NCBI GenBank assembly: GCA_031375995.1
Contig: JANMIV010000180.1
Coordinates: 1-45,900, forward strand
Length of the DNA stretch: 45,900 bases
Direction of reading: 5' to 3'
From: Bacteroidota bacterium
GTDB taxonomy: Bacteria; Bacteroidota; Bacteroidia; UKL13-3
The notes under the pieces were generated by a model, which was not told where the DNA came from, did no database searches, and was given only the letters and a program-made list of their open reading frames with translations. The position numbers and the translations under genes are program-made. Within the stretch, counting starts at the first letter, position 1. Each line of letters opens with the position of its first letter. Positions 44,951 to 45,900 of the stretch are shown here, piece by piece.

Positions 44951-45900
44951 ATGAAAAAAATAACTCTACATCAATTAATACTTTGGGTAATGTTATTATT
45001 TATGGGAAATTCATTGTTTGCACAACAGCAAGTTGATTTTACTCTAAAATATAATACAACCACAAGTGAATATGAAGTATATGGAAAACCAACTCAAAGT
45101 GGTTCGTTTTCCGTTGGCGGTGGTTCTCAATTAACCATAATGACCCCTGCATCTTATGTAGATGCACCTATTACTGTGACCAGCGTAGCAGGCGGGCCTT
45201 GGGCAGATAATACGCAAATGTACAATCCAATTCCTTCATTAGGAGTTGATTTTCATAGTATTACGACCAATGGTACATTTCCAATTTTCAATTTTACGGC
45301 AAATCAAGAACAACTGATTTACAAATTTACCTTAACGGGTGGTTGTGTTGCAGGTGTTCGTTTGTACCGAAATGCTGACGAAGGCACAACACCACGTGAT
45401 CCAGACAGTAACGTAGCAGGTATGGCAGGTAATGACTTTGAAAATTACTTTGCGCCAGTTTCTACGGGCAATCAAGAGTATCGTGCCAATTACAACAACA
45501 CGGGTATTTTATGCGCTCCACCAGCAGCAGCAGATTTGATTACGAGTATTGGACAACCTTCGCCTTCTTTGGTAGCAGGACAGCCAAGTACAGTTCCAGT
45601 AACGGTAACGAATATTGGTACTGCACCTACAACAGGTGTAATCACAACGACAATCACATTGCCAACAGGCACAAGTGCACCAGCGGGTCCTTTTGTTACA
45701 AACGGTAACACTTGTACAACAAGCGGTCAAACTGTAACTTGTACTAATCCAGGACCTTTATCAACGACAAGTCCTACAAATAGTACATTGATTAATATAC
45801 CAGTAACGGCTGCACCAAGCACCGTTGGTACAAATCCTGGACCATTTGCGGCAATGCCAAGCACACCAGGAGAAACAACTACGGCTAATAATCCAGCTGC
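44951..45900 (+). CDS. 5' portion of a giant secreted repeat protein (runs off the right edge): signal peptide, divergent copy of the N-module, and first DUF11/CARDB-like repeat
   Basis: This ORF is not in the track because it has no stop in the window. I translated it by hand from ATG 44951 to nt 45900 and found no stop. It starts MKKITLHQLILWVMLLFMGNSLFA|QQQVDFTLKYNTTTSEYEVYGKP... From nt 45531 it reads 'ADLITSIGQPSPSLVAGQPSTVPVTVTNIGTAPTTGVITTTITLPTGTSAPAGPFVTNGNTCTTSGQTVTCTNPGPL', the same repeat family as nt 1-2430. The upstream in-frame ATG at 44912 hits a stop after 6 codons. Confidence 0.85.
   Translation, partial: MKKITLHQLILWVMLLFMGNSLFAQQQVDFTLKYNTTTSEYEVYGKPTQSGSFSVGGGSQLTIMTPASYVDAPITVTSVAGGPWADNTQMYNPIPSLGVDFHSITTNGTFPIFNFTANQEQLIYKFTLTGGCVAGVRLYRNADEGTTPRDPDSNVAGMAGNDFENYFAPVSTGNQEYRANYNNTGILCAPPAAADLITSIGQPSPSLVAGQPSTVPVTVTNIGTAPTTGVITTTITLPTGTSAPAGPFVTNGNTCTTSGQTVTCTNPGPLSTTSPTNSTLINIPVTAAPSTVGTNPGPFAAMPSTPGETTTANNPA

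Overview
This AT-rich window reads as most of a plasmid-type replicon from a gliding, T9SS-bearing Bacteroidota bacterium. A compact maintenance core sits in the middle. It holds a Rep_3-type initiator on the minus strand, a 22-bp iteron origin with an inverted-iteron operator, and a type-Ib-like ParA with a small RHH ParG-like protein. The par genes are preceded by 19 copies of an 8-bp NTAATTAN centromere-like repeat. A Bro-N/DinD-like gene and a 2OG-Fe(II) oxygenase flank this core. Roughly 85% of the bases belong to five plus-strand ORFs for secreted repeat proteins: (a) a 6058-aa giant of SprB-repeat-like units with a T9SS type-B C-terminal domain; (b) a 5195-aa giant with LamG-like supermodules, CnaB-like repeats and two DUF11/CARDB-like arrays; (c) a 278-aa single-module protein with a T9SS type-A C-terminal domain; (d, e) two edge-truncated ORFs that look like the 5' and 3' parts of one further giant gene. 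Main points of interest: (i) an unrecognised ~160-aa N-terminal module is shared by three genes, with five tandem copies in the 6058-aa protein and a stand-alone copy in the small one; (ii) the two proteins that lack a recognisable T9SS CTD share a ~265-aa C-terminal domain ending in two dockerin/EF-hand-like loops, which suggests a module-to-module docking logic (speculative); (iii) the repeat arrays contain nested segmental duplications; (iv) a 165-nt imperfect hairpin upstream of the largest gene has strand-biased G.U-compatible mismatches; (v) the iteron/operator and centromere architecture is clearly defined. I saw no rRNA, tRNA, CRISPR, transposase, integrase or recognisable defence or toxin genes. 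All family names come from motif recognition by eye; no searches or computations were run.
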